Shown: positions 1 through 9,018, numbered from the stretch's first letter. The stretch: 64,000 nucleotides of DNA from Candidatus Multivoradales bacterium (GCA_965223155.1 CBDCVR010000014.1:896001-960000), one strand, 5' to 3'. Notes: generated by a model from the sequence alone, not told the origin. Made by a program: numbers and translations.

Positions 1-335
1 CCTTCGTTCCTAGCTGCCTCTTTGATGGCTGCGGTGAGAAGCTCCTTGCCGGGCCAGTCCTGGCAGTCCTGGTAGCGATAGGCGAGACGAACGACGCCAG
101 CCTGATCCACGACGAATTCGCCGGGTAAGAGCCAGGGATTGGCCACCAACGCTGTTGCGGAGCCGTGGCGGGACTGCTGCAGTTCGCGCCCGGTCTCGAA
201 GTCGAATCGCATGTACTCCTCCGGCGCGTCGTCCATGATCTGTGAGACTTGGCCTTCGAGAAGGTCGAACGCGTTGTATGCGCTATATGTCGGATCGGAC
301 AGGATAGGAGTTGGCAGGTCCTGCGCCTCGTCCAG
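1..335 (-). pseudogene. 5'-truncated AhpC/TSA-like (redoxin) gene fragment, runs off the window edge
   Basis: Manual translation gives EAQDLPTPILSDPTYSAYNAFDLLEG...NPWLLPGEFVVDQAGVVRLAYRYQDCQDWPGKELLTAAI, a peroxiredoxin-like C-terminal half. There is an in-frame TGA at 348-350 and no CxxC-containing N-terminus upstream. Confidence 0.6.
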
Positions 336-569
336 CTGGACACCCGTTCAGCTATCGGGAAACCAGGGATGTGAGCGATCAAGAAGCTGGGCCTCCTACT
401 CCGCTCCCACTCCCTCTCAGGCGGACTGGTGCGAGCACTACCCAGTGCGCAGGAGCGGGATCCCGCCCCCCGCGGAGGCCCCTCGCCCCAGCCGGAGTCC
501 ACGAGGCTCGCGCCCAGTGAGATGCTGCGCTAAAATCTTGCTAGCAATTGATAGCACCAGGGAGATTCA

Positions 570-788
570 ATGGCTACCGTACAGATCAACGCCCGAGTGG
601 ATCCGGCACTGAAGAAGGCAATCGACGAGTACTGTCGCTCACGTGGCGTGGTCCTCAACCACTTCGTTCAGGAGGCGTTGATCGACCGCCTCGAGGAGCT
701 CGAGGACGTCGAGGACCTCAAGAGCATCCGCCATGAGCCGACGCGCCCACTAGCTGAGGTGCTCTCCGAGCTCGATCTCGATGGCTAG
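570..788 (+). CDS. Ribbon-helix-helix antitoxin (RelB/CopG-like)
   Basis: 72 aa; RHH-like N-terminus (VQINARVDPALKKAIDEYC) and acidic C-terminus; GGGAG RBS; overlaps the toxin gene. Confidence 0.8.
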   Translation: MATVQINARVDPALKKAIDEYCRSRGVVLNHFVQEALIDRLEELEDVEDLKSIRHEPTRPLAEVLSELDLDG

Positions 789-1041
789 CTACGCGATCGA
801 GATCTCGAGAAGCGCAGAGAAGCAGCTCAGGAAGCTAGCCCGAGGCGAACAGGAGCGGATCGTCAGCGCGATTCTGCCACTAGCCCAGAACCCCCGCCCG
901 CGCGGCGCCCGGAAGCTATCCGGCTACGACGACGTCTTCCGGATCCGTGTTGGGCACTATCGGGTTCTCTACAGTGTCTCGAGCGGAACCCTGGTCGTCA
1001 TCGTTTTGAAGATCGGTCACCGGCGCGACGTCTACCGATAG
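781..1041 (+). CDS. relE: RelE/ParE family type II toxin
   Basis: YAIEISRSAEKQLRKL...NPRPRGARKLSG..FRIRVGHYRVLY...IGHRRDVYR is the classic RelE/StbE pattern. Confidence 0.9.
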   Translation: MASYAIEISRSAEKQLRKLARGEQERIVSAILPLAQNPRPRGARKLSGYDDVFRIRVGHYRVLYSVSSGTLVVIVLKIGHRRDVYR

Positions 1042-1069
1042 CGGTCAACGGTAGAAGTACCTGGCAGAA

Positions 1070-1299
1070 CCCTGCTCGAGCTCGCCGCGCTCGTGTCCGG
1101 GGCCCTAGAGGCTGCGGGCATCGTCGCGACACTGTCGGGTGGAAGCGCCGTGTCCGCCTACACCGAGAACGGCTACGAGTCGGCGGATCTCGATTTCGTG
1201 ACGTCCGCTCTTCGGGAGACCCTCGAACCCGTCCTGCGGCCCCTGGGCTTTGTAGCTGCGCAGAATCCTCGCCTTTCGGTCGTCTTCCGGCCGAGGTGA
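1070..1299 (+). pseudogene. Truncated nucleotidyltransferase-fold gene (N-terminal fragment)
   Basis: TLLELAALVSGALEAAGIVATLSGGSAVSAYTENGYESADLDFV carries GGxA and DxD motifs; it stops after ~75 codons and has no clear start. Confidence 0.6.
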
Positions 1300-1386
1300 T
1301 AGCACCCGCCGCCCACGAGAAGCCCCCGCCAGTCGAGCCAGACTCTGTAGGCGGCCAGGCCGTGACAGCGGTGCCGGGCCAGCCGT

Positions 1387-2025
1387 TCAGAAGTTGTAGC
1401 GGAACCCGGCCGTGAGGCTGAACGACGAGTAGTCGACCGCTATCGGCTGTGCACCGACGGCCGGCGCTGTCTCGAAGGCGCCGTCCTCCGTGGCGTAGTA
1501 GCGCAAGCTGAAGTCGACGATCCAGTGCTCGTCGACGTCGATCCCCACGCCGGCGAGGAACTGCCATGCGAACAGGGTGTCCTCCGCAGAGACGATCTGG
1601 GGGTTCTCGTCGGTGCCGAAGTCTGTCAGCTCGATCTCCGCCCAACCGATCCCGGCGCCGACATAGGGGGAGACCCGCTTGTCCTTGTTGAAGTCGTACA
1701 CGATATTGCCCATGCCGGCTTCCGATTGGACGTCACCGCGTGATCCGGCCTGATCGACTCCGTTGAGACGGTGTACATCGACGTCGGTCTCGCGGGGAGT
1801 GTCGAGCTCGCCGTCGAGGCGAAAATGTTTGAATTGGTACCCGCCCCCGACGCTCCAGAGGTACCCGTCATCGAGCAATGTCTCGATGGCGCCGGCATCG
1901 ACGTCGAACTCGATATCGTCCGCGAAGTTCGCTCCGACGAAGGCTTGCACGTACCAGCCACCGGTGGCGGCAGGAGCTGCCACGAGGGTCAAAAGCGTGA
2001 AAACTACTGATCGGACGGTTCGCAT
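1387..2025 (-). CDS. Outer membrane beta-barrel protein (OmpA-like/porin family)
   Basis: Signal peptide, SPYVGAGIG motif, C-terminal GFRYNF with terminal Phe; GGAGG RBS. Confidence 0.88.
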   Translation of the reverse strand: MRTVRSVVFTLLTLVAAPAATGGWYVQAFVGANFADDIEFDVDAGAIETLLDDGYLWSVGGGYQFKHFRLDGELDTPRETDVDVHRLNGVDQAGSRGDVQSEAGMGNIVYDFNKDKRVSPYVGAGIGWAEIELTDFGTDENPQIVSAEDTLFAWQFLAGVGIDVDEHWIVDFSLRYYATEDGAFETAPAVGAQPIAVDYSSFSLTAGFRYNF

Positions 2026-2097
2026 GGGCTTCCTCCGTTTGTTGCGTGTGCCGTCCCTATGCGTTCCGAGTTGCTGCGCGGGACTAAGAATAGCAAG

Positions 2098-3381
2098 TCA
2101 ATGACCTGCGACCCAGCTCCAGAACGCCAGGTGATCCTGGTCTTTGACCAGTACGCCTCCGTCGACAGGAACGAGATGAGCCCATGTTGAGCTCTCCGCG
2201 ACCGCATAGCGCGCAAGCTCATCGTAGCTCTTGTCGTTGTCGCTCAGCACGATCAGTTCGGCCGAACCCGTGAGGGCGAGGATCGCCCCATCCACGACAA
2301 GGAGCGATGCGTAGTTTCCTGTTCGCCCGGGGCCGGTCCACAGGATCTCACCACTTGCCGCGTCCAGGCTGAAGATGCGGCCCTTGTCTTGGTGCGAAAG
2401 ACCGTAGATACGGCCATCGCTCTGAACCGGTGAGCTCATGTCCATCGCCAGCGAGTCGATCTGCCACGCCGGTTCGACCGACCAGCCGTCGGCGCCGCTC
2501 GAGGCCCGCAGCGCGATGATCCCGCGGCCCTTGCCGCTGATCACTACCAGGTCGCCGACGGACAGCGGGGTCACGATGTTGTGATGCACCATCGACTGCG
2601 GGAAAGTGTAGCGCCACCCGGGCCGACCCGTTTGTACATCGAAGCTGACGACCGCCTCTGCGCTGATCGTCACGACCTGCTGCGAGCCACCGAAAGCGGT
2701 GACGATCGCGGACGCATAGCTCGCCCCGTCGCTCGAGCCCGCCCAGACCTCTTCACCCGTCTCGACGTCGAACGCGATCACGCCACCGTCCTTGCCGCCG
2801 AAGTTGGAAATTACCCGCGAGCCATTCACCAGTGGAGATGCCGCCGCGCCGAAGTGTGGCAATGTCTTCTTGAAGCGATCTGCGAAGTCCTCCCGCCACA
2901 ACAGCTCGCCGCTGTCGGCGGCCCAGGCCGAGAGCACGCCGGTGATGCTGGTCGTAAACAGCCTCTCACCGTCGTAGGCGGGGCTGGCCTTGGGACCCGG
3001 CCCATGGCGACCCGAACCCATCCGGGGATTGAACGGCACGGCGTAGCGCTGGCTCCACAGAACCCCGCCACTGGCCAGCTCCAGGGCGCGTACCACCTCG
3101 TGCCCATCCTCACGGGACTGGACGAACACCCTGCCTCCGGCAACCACCGGAGCGGAGTAACCCGAGCCGACGCGGACCCTCCAGCGCCGCTGGAGCTCCT
3201 CGGGCCAGGCTTCGGGTACCGTGAACCCCACCGCGGTTCCGTCGCGTTCGGGACCGCGCCAGCCGGGCCAATCCGCGGCCCCGGCCAGACTCAGTTCTTC
3301 CCCATGCGCGAAAGAGGACCCCAAGGCAACCGCTACTGCGGCAATCGCCCAGATCGTTGATCTCCAGGTCGTGGGTCTCAT
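2098..3381 (-). CDS. PQQ-binding-like beta-propeller protein (BamB-like)
   Basis: Signal peptide MRPTTWRSTIWAIAAVA, then DWPGWRGPERDG, GSGYSAPVV and repeated A.D..SGE.LW blades. Start trimmed from the 580-aa ORF, whose 5' part reads through the repeats. Confidence 0.85.
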   Translation of the reverse strand: MRPTTWRSTIWAIAAVAVALGSSFAHGEELSLAGAADWPGWRGPERDGTAVGFTVPEAWPEELQRRWRVRVGSGYSAPVVAGGRVFVQSREDGHEVVRALELASGGVLWSQRYAVPFNPRMGSGRHGPGPKASPAYDGERLFTTSITGVLSAWAADSGELLWREDFADRFKKTLPHFGAAASPLVNGSRVISNFGGKDGGVIAFDVETGEEVWAGSSDGASYASAIVTAFGGSQQVVTISAEAVVSFDVQTGRPGWRYTFPQSMVHHNIVTPLSVGDLVVISGKGRGIIALRASSGADGWSVEPAWQIDSLAMDMSSPVQSDGRIYGLSHQDKGRIFSLDAASGEILWTGPGRTGNYASLLVVDGAILALTGSAELIVLSDNDKSYDELARYAVAESSTWAHLVPVDGGVLVKDQDHLAFWSWVAGH

Positions 3382-3521
3382 CCGTATCAGTGCTTCAGCG
3401 CCAGCGTTCCCACCTATGTCTGCTCCTTCGTTCGTCCGTGGCTCGCCGATGCTACCGCCATGCGTTGCCACCACCGCGAGCCCCAGCGCTCGAGGAGGGC
3501 ACCGAAGGCCTCGAGCCGAAG

Positions 3522-3718
3522 GCGGCATCGGCAGCAGGAATCGCTCCGAGTGACCGAGCCGAAGGCGAGGGAACGACGACCGCGTACCCAGGCGGTTCCG
3601 TCCATCTCCTCGCGACGCCAGCAAATGGCGGAAGCGCATGGGTCGCTCTAGCGCGCCCGAGCCACAGGCGAGGACGCGACGACCGATGAGCATGCGCGTC
3701 CGGTGTCTGCGGAGCAGA
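3522..3718 (-). repeat. tRNA-tail repeat: one 93-bp unit (3626-3718) plus a degenerate unit (~3522-3625)
   Basis: TGGCGGAAGCGCATGGG at 3626 and 3719 (93 bp apart); ggaatcgctccgagtgaccgagccgaaggcgagggaacgacgaccg at ~3537 matches the unit core. Confidence 0.85.
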
Positions 3719-3787
3719 TGGCGGAAGCGCATGGGAATCGAAGCCACTCCCGACGTGGCATCCCACGCCGGACTACGGTCTTGAAGA
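3719..3787 (-). mobile_element. Displaced 3' part of tRNA-Sec (att-site core, copy B)
   Basis: 68 nt collinear with 9115-9182, 3 mismatches; identity ends at the anticodon loop. Confidence 0.9.
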
Positions 3788-3930
3788 TTGCCGGGATCCA
3801 ACTGACGACAACTGTCGGCAGCTGACAACCACAGACGCACAAGGTAGTTGCGAGGCGTCGTGTTGATGAGGATTGCTGAGCCGAACGGCCGGAGGTTGGC
3901 GTCTATTGCACCACCAGCGCACCGTAAGAA
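3788..3930 (-). mobile_element. Conserved att-arm-like sequence (copy B)
   Basis: Collinear with 5111-5255: ATCCAAC at +10 and a (T/C)GCACC direct-repeat pair (11-bp period) at +121 from the tRNA fragment, the same offsets as copy A. Confidence 0.75.
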
Positions 3931-3944
3931 CCGCTGTTCGGACG

Positions 3945-4154
3945 CTAGAGTCGGCCTGACTTGCGCATCAGACGGGCCTCACTCGCTTCGCTCGCTGAGC
4001 CGAACTTGCGAACACCAGCTTCAAGCCGCCAGGGGCGCAGGCCATAGGCCAACTCGGTCAAATCGCAGGCGATTCTCAGGTTCTCAGAATCGAGTGGTCT
4101 CAGTCTTCTGGGACCAGGCATCTCAGCCACGGACGTGTACTTGGTAACAGGCAC
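3945..4154 (-). CDS. Small hypothetical protein, putative partner of the nucleotidyltransferase
   Basis: 69 aa, GTG start abutting the NTase stop; basic; MPVTKYTSVAEMP...GVRKFGSASEA. Confidence 0.7.
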   Translation of the reverse strand: MPVTKYTSVAEMPGPRRLRPLDSENLRIACDLTELAYGLRPWRLEAGVRKFGSASEASEARLMRKSGRL

Positions 4155-4637
4155 CTACGAGCTCTCCTCGTCCAGATCGAAGGCCTCGCGAATCCTCGCG
4201 GCGTCCGCGCGATCCTGGGGACGCACGGTATCCCGCTTCATGCGGTACAGCATTCGGGGGCTGGCGACACGAACCTTCAGATCCCCCAGGTCGATCTCCT
4301 CACTCCCCGACGCGAGATCCTCCCACGAGAAAGCCTCCCCGAGCCGGGTCAAGAAGTCCAGCGAATACCGACCGTGCGGTGGAACGTACTCGACTGCCGG
4401 ATACCTGCCCGCAAGCTCCTGAGGGTCGATTTCATCGATGCTGGAATCGTCGAAGAGAGACTTCAGAGCCCGCTTCAGAGCTTCGAGATTGTCGAGCGCT
4501 GGCGCCACGAAAAGATCCAGATCCTGAGTCGCTCGTGGAAGGCCCTGCGCCGCCATCGCCATCGAACCGATGACGACGAAGTCGACGCCCTCGTTCACCA
4601 AGGCTGTCAATACGGCCTTGACTTCTTCAAATGTCAC
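4155..4637 (-). CDS. Nucleotidyltransferase (DUF6036/AbiEii-like), putative toxin-antitoxin component
   Basis: VDFVVIGSMAMAAQGLPRATQDLDLFV (G[GS]xA..R.T.DxD) and C-terminal MKRDTVRPQDRAD (K...R..D..D). Confidence 0.85.
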   Translation of the reverse strand: MTFEEVKAVLTALVNEGVDFVVIGSMAMAAQGLPRATQDLDLFVAPALDNLEALKRALKSLFDDSSIDEIDPQELAGRYPAVEYVPPHGRYSLDFLTRLGEAFSWEDLASGSEEIDLGDLKVRVASPRMLYRMKRDTVRPQDRADAARIREAFDLDEESS

Positions 4638-4763
4638 AACATTCCCTCATAGCCATTGTATTTCAGGGCTTCTGACGATAGCTCTGGGCTCAGCCTGGCA
4701 CAGCCCGGCACGCAGTCGCTCCGGGCACGATTGTGGCCTTCGCGGTGGTCGGTCTGAAGCGAA

Positions 4764-5042
4764 CGGCGGAAGCGCATGGGTCACTCTAGAGCGCCCGAGC
4801 CACAGGCGAGGACGCGACGACCGATGAGCATGCGCATCCGCTGTCTGCGGAGCAAATGGCGGAAGCGCATGGGTCACTCTAGAGCGCCCGAGCCACAGGC
4901 GAGGACGCGACGACCGATGAGCATGCGCATCCGCTGTCTGCGGAGCAAGTGGCGGAAGCGCATGGGTCGCTCTAGAGCGCCCGAGCCGCAGGCGAGGACG
5001 CGACGACCGATGAGCATGCGCGTCCGCTGTCTGTGGAGCAGA
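4764..5042 (-). repeat. Three tandem 93-bp units, each ending in the last 17 nt of tRNA-Sec
   Basis: (T/C)GGCGGAAGCGCATGGG at 4764, 4857, 4950 and 5043; the intervening sequence is nearly identical. Confidence 0.95.
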
Positions 5043-5110
5043 TGGCGGAAGCGCATGGGAATCGAACCCACCCCCGACGTGGCATCCCACGCCAGACAAC
5101 GGTCTTGAAG
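5043..5110 (-). mobile_element. Displaced 3' part of tRNA-Sec (att-site core, copy A)
   Basis: 68 nt collinear with 9115-9182, 3 mismatches; ends at the anticodon loop. Confidence 0.9.
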
Positions 5111-5255
5111 GCTGGCGCGATCCAACTCGCCACAACTGTCGCCAACAGATAGCCACAGAAGATCGAGTTGGATGTGGGCCGCTGGCCTGTTGGCGACTGT
5201 TGAACACAGTGGTCAGGAGTTGCCGTCTACTGCACCAGGAGTGCACCATGAAGAA
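5111..5255 (-). mobile_element. Conserved att-arm-like sequence (copy A)
   Basis: TGCACC repeats at 5231 and 5242; ~10-bp-period CAAC repeats at 5120-5160; collinear with 3788-3930. Confidence 0.75.
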
Positions 5256-5284
5256 CAGCATGCTATCCGTGCTATCATGCTCCC

Positions 5285-5578
5285 GTGATCCGCTCTTTCG
5301 GAGATGTCGGCACCGAAGACATCTTCAATGGGCGTAACACCAAAGCCGCGAGGCGAACCTGCCCTCGGAATCTCTGGCAGGTAGCAGTGCGGAAGCTGGA
5401 GCAACTCGACTCCGCCGAGAATCTCGATGACCTCAGGGTGCCGCCGGGCAACCGACTCGAGGCCCTGACCGGCAACCGAAGTGGGCAATTCAGTGTTCGG
5501 ATCAACAGTCAGTACAGGGTCTGCTTCGCCTGGTCCGAAGCGGGTCCTGATGAAGTCGAAGTTGTCGATTATCACTAG
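5285..5578 (+). CDS. higB: HigB toxin (plasmid maintenance system killer, RelE superfamily)
   Basis: MIRSF...RKLEQLDSA..LDDLRVPPGNRLEAL.G.R.GQFSVRINSQYRVCF.W...VEVVDYH. Confidence 0.93.
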   Translation: MIRSFGDVGTEDIFNGRNTKAARRTCPRNLWQVAVRKLEQLDSAENLDDLRVPPGNRLEALTGNRSGQFSVRINSQYRVCFAWSEAGPDEVEVVDYH

Positions 5579-5590
5579 GGAATAGCCATC

Positions 5591-5905
5591 ATGGTCCGAG
5601 TACCCACACATCGCACACCGACTCATCCCGGGGAAATGCTCCTGGAGGAGTTCCTCAAGCCGATGAAGATGAGCCAGAGCGATCTCGCCAAGAAGATCCA
5701 TGTCCCCTACCAGCGGATCAACGAGCTGGTGAACGGCAAGCGCGGCATCACGCCGGCTACCGCCCTTCGGCTCGCCAAGTTCTTCGGGATGTCGGCCGGG
5801 TTCTGGATGAACCTCCAGCTCCGCTGGGACTTGTTTCACGCTCAGCGAGCTGAAGCCGAGGAACTGAAGAGGATTCGAAAGATCCGCCGGCCAGTCGGAG
5901 TGTGA
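5591..5905 (+). CDS. higA: HigA family HTH antitoxin
   Basis: PTHPGEMLLEEFLKP...RINELVNGKRGITPATALRLAKFFG.SAGFWMNLQ. Confidence 0.93.
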   Translation: MVRVPTHRTPTHPGEMLLEEFLKPMKMSQSDLAKKIHVPYQRINELVNGKRGITPATALRLAKFFGMSAGFWMNLQLRWDLFHAQRAEAEELKRIRKIRRPVGV

Positions 5906-5982
5906 GGTAGCAGCGGCCCCCGCACCAGGACTACGACTTCACCTTCCCAAGGGAGGTCGCAAGGGGCAGTGGGCAAGTCGCA

Positions 5983-6041
5983 ATCCAACAGGTGACAACG
6001 GCCGGCAACTCGTAACCACTGCTGTACAGAGAGGTTGCGAC
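5983..6041 (-). mobile_element. Truncated third att-arm-like copy (C), without a tRNA fragment
   Basis: atccaacaggtgacaacggccggcaactcgtaaccac...gttgcga has the same 57-bp ATCCAAC-to-GTTGCGA spacing as copy B. Confidence 0.6.
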
Positions 6042-6071
6042 CTGCGAACCGCCGGTTGAGTCGGACATCGA

Positions 6072-8908
6072 TTACGCCGCCTCCCGTGCCTCCAACTGCT
6101 CGAGCACCGCTTGCCTCTGGCGCTCGCGCTCGCGGTCCCAGTCGGCAATGATCTCCTTGAAGGATGGGTCGTCGAGAAGCACGCGAAAAGTAGGATCGAG
6201 GCTCGGGTTGACCGCGATCCAGCGGGCTTCGACCAGCTCGCGCCACACGTCGATCGCTTCCTCCTCACGACCCTCGAGGACAAGCACCCTCGCCCGTGCA
6301 AGTTGCATCTGCGGATGCACGACTCCGGCCGCGCGAGCCTCGTCACAGTACGCCCTGAGCTCGGTGAGCAAAGCCTCGGCTCCAGCCGAGTCGCCCGTCG
6401 CCCGTCGAGCCTGGATGAGCCAAACCGCGCCCTGATCCCAAAACGCAGCAAAGAGAGCCCGACGTGCCCTACCGTCTTGTCCGCCAGCGGCTCGAGGTAG
6501 CCGCGGGCGGCCTCGGCATCGCCCGCCCAGAGGTGAGCTCGCCCTGCCATTTCGGACGAGAAGGTGCTCGGATGCTCTCGAGCCCAGGTGCGAGCGAACG
6601 CGGCGGCCTCCGCGAATCGACCCGCTTCTTGCAGAGACACGACTCTTTCGAGGGGTCCCGTCCTGAGCTCTTGCGCTCGGTCGAAGAGTCCCAAGATGCT
6701 GTAGAGGTAGCTCAGGAAGCGTCCGATGGAGGCGTCCTCGGGTGCCAGCTCCAGCGCCCGCAGTAAGCCCTTGTGCTGTTCATCCCCGTGCCCCCTTATC
6801 CGGTGGAGCGCCGTCAGGGCCTTGTAGCTCGCCGCGTCTCCCCGGACTCGGACCAGCCTCTCCGCCGTTTCGCGAGCCTCGTCGTAGCGGCCCCTCCAGC
6901 TCGCCACAACGACCCAGTTCTGGACCGCCACATAGGACAGCGGATCCAGGGCCACCGCCCGCTTCAAAGCGGCGAACCCTTCGTCGTAACGGTTGAGATC
7001 GACCAACGACTGCGCTCGCCAAAGTACCGCTCGCGCCATGTTGGGGCTCTTCGCGAGAGCCCTATCGAACGTCGCAACGGCTTCTTCGTGAAGTTCCCGA
7101 TTCTTGAACAAGAGTCCCTCGGCGACCTGGACCTCCGGCGAGTCCGGAGCCAGCAACCGGGCGCGCTCGATCAGAGGCTCGACCCGCGCGATCGCCTCGG
7201 TCAGCGGGATGTCACCGTAGTGGCCGGGGGTGTCCTGCAGAAGAAGGGTCGTCTCCACCAGCGCAGCGTAGGCCGGCGCGTACTCGGGGTCGAGCGCGAT
7301 CGCTGTCTCGAAAGACCCAAGGGCCTGCTCCAAAGGCTTCTGACCACGCTTCTCCATCAAGTAACGGCCCTCCAGATAGGCGCTATAGGCCTCCGTACTC
7401 GCGCTCCGCACCGCCTCCGGAGCCTCGGCCGCGAGCCCCAGCTTCTCCTCGAGCGCCGCGACGATCGAACGTGCGATCTCGTCCTGGATCGCGAACACGT
7501 CCTCAAGCTCACGGTCGTAGGTGTCCGACCACAGGTGAAAGCCCGAGTCGGCGTCGATCAACTGGGCGGTGATCCGGAGCGTCGTGCCGGCCTTGCGCAC
7601 GCTTCCCTCGAGGACGTTCTCCACCTCCAGGGCCTCGGCGATCTTCTTGACATCCTCGTTCTTGCCCTTGAACGCGAACGACGACGTGCGAGCGGCGACC
7701 TTCAGACCCGGGAGCCTGGCCAGGAGATTCAACAGCTCCTCCGAGATCCCGTCCGAGAAATACTCCTGATCGCGCTGCGGGCTCATATCGGCGAAGGGGA
7801 GCACCGCGATCGAGGCGTGGCCGGCCTCGACGGCGGCCTGACCGGCGGTCTCTCTGGGCGAGTCTCTTCCCGTGCCGAACCAGAAACCGGCTGCGAGCGC
7901 TACGGCCAGGGCTGCCGCTCCCAGCCCGATCCAGAGACTCCGACTCGAAGGCGTCGCGCTCGACTCGGTCGTTGAAGCCTGTGCGCGTTCCGGAGCCGCT
8001 GGCCCGGCCGCCGCTGGAGCCGTGACCGACACAGATGCAGCGACGGCATCCCGCTGCAGCCTGCTGAGGTCGGCTTTGAGTTCGGAGGCGTGCTGGTACC
8101 GAAGCGTCTTGTCCTTCTCGAGCGCCTTGTCGAGGATGCGTTCGAGCTCGTCGGGCAGATCCGGGTTGATGCGGACCGGGGCGGTCGGGGCCTCGCTCAG
8201 AATCCGATTGAAGATCGCCCCGGCGGTCTTGCCAGCGAAGGGCTGCTTGCCCGTCGTCATTTCGTAGAGCACAACTCCCAGCGAGAAGAGATCGGTTCGC
8301 GCGTCGAGCTCCTCTCCGCGCACCTGCTCGGGCGACATGTAGGCAACTGTGCCGATCGCAGTGCCGGGAGTCGTCAACTGCTCGCGAGCCGGCTCGGTCT
8401 CGGCATCTTCGGAGTGGGACTCCCGTCGTGCCCGGTCTTCGCTCACCTTGGCGAGCCCGAAGTCGAGCACTTTGGCGTCACCGCGGCGGGTCAGGAACAG
8501 ATTCGCCGGCTTGAGGTCGCGATGGACTATGCCTGCACCGTGCGCTGCGTCCAAGGCATCCGCCACCTGAGCACCGAGTCGGACTACCTGCTCGACGGAC
8601 ATTGGCTCGCCGCTGATCCGGTACTTCAGGGTCTGGCCGTCCATCAGCTCCATGACGATGAAGGCGCGGCCCTCCTCCTCCCCCAACTCGTGGACCGTGC
8701 AGATGTGCGGGTGGTTGAGCGCCGATGCCGCCCGGGCCTCGCGCTTAAAACGCGCCAGCGCTTCGGGATCCTCGGCCAGTTCGTCAGGTAGGAACTTGAG
8801 TGCCACCCGCCGGCGCAGCGTCAAGTCCTCCGCCTGAAACACCACTCCCATCCCGCCACCACCGAGCTTCTCCAAGATCTTGTAATGGGAGACAGTGGTT
8901 CCAATCAT
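6072..8908 (-). pseudogene. Ser/Thr protein kinase + TolB-like (SIAVLPF) + TPR protein, frameshifted near 6455
   Basis: [51 protein letters not shown]. The family-typical C-terminus ([19 protein letters not shown]) is in another frame (ORF 6072-6371). Confidence 0.8.
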
Positions 8909-9018
8909 GGGACCCGTCCTGTCGGGAGACTCCTTTCTCGTCAGGTTGCTCGAATTCTAGCGGAGCGGTGTCTTCGCAAACCAACGGAGGAACCTCACTT
9001 ACCGCCTTGGCGGCGAAA

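Noticed and set aside
340-360. Sec codon in the redoxin fragment (in-frame TGA at 348-350)
   Set aside because: The TGA is only ~10 codons before LPTPILSDP, not at the CxxC position; the upstream frame is non-homologous and hits TAG.
4764-5060. CRISPR array (17-nt repeats at regular spacing)
   Set aside because: The 'spacers' are near-identical 76-bp sequences, the repeat is the tRNA 3' end, and no cas genes are present.
3719-5110. Additional functional tRNA-Sec genes
   Set aside because: Both copies lack the 5' acceptor strand, the D arm and the 5' anticodon stem.
4647-5261. Repeat-containing ORFs (204 aa, 110 aa, 83 aa) and the 5' extension of the 580-aa ORF
   Set aside because: They are read-throughs of the 93-bp (31-codon) non-coding repeats and att arms, with no RBS or domain.
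5939-6450. C-terminal ~170 aa of the 989-aa kinase ORF
   Set aside because: Out-of-frame sequence after a frameshift; it overlaps att arm C.
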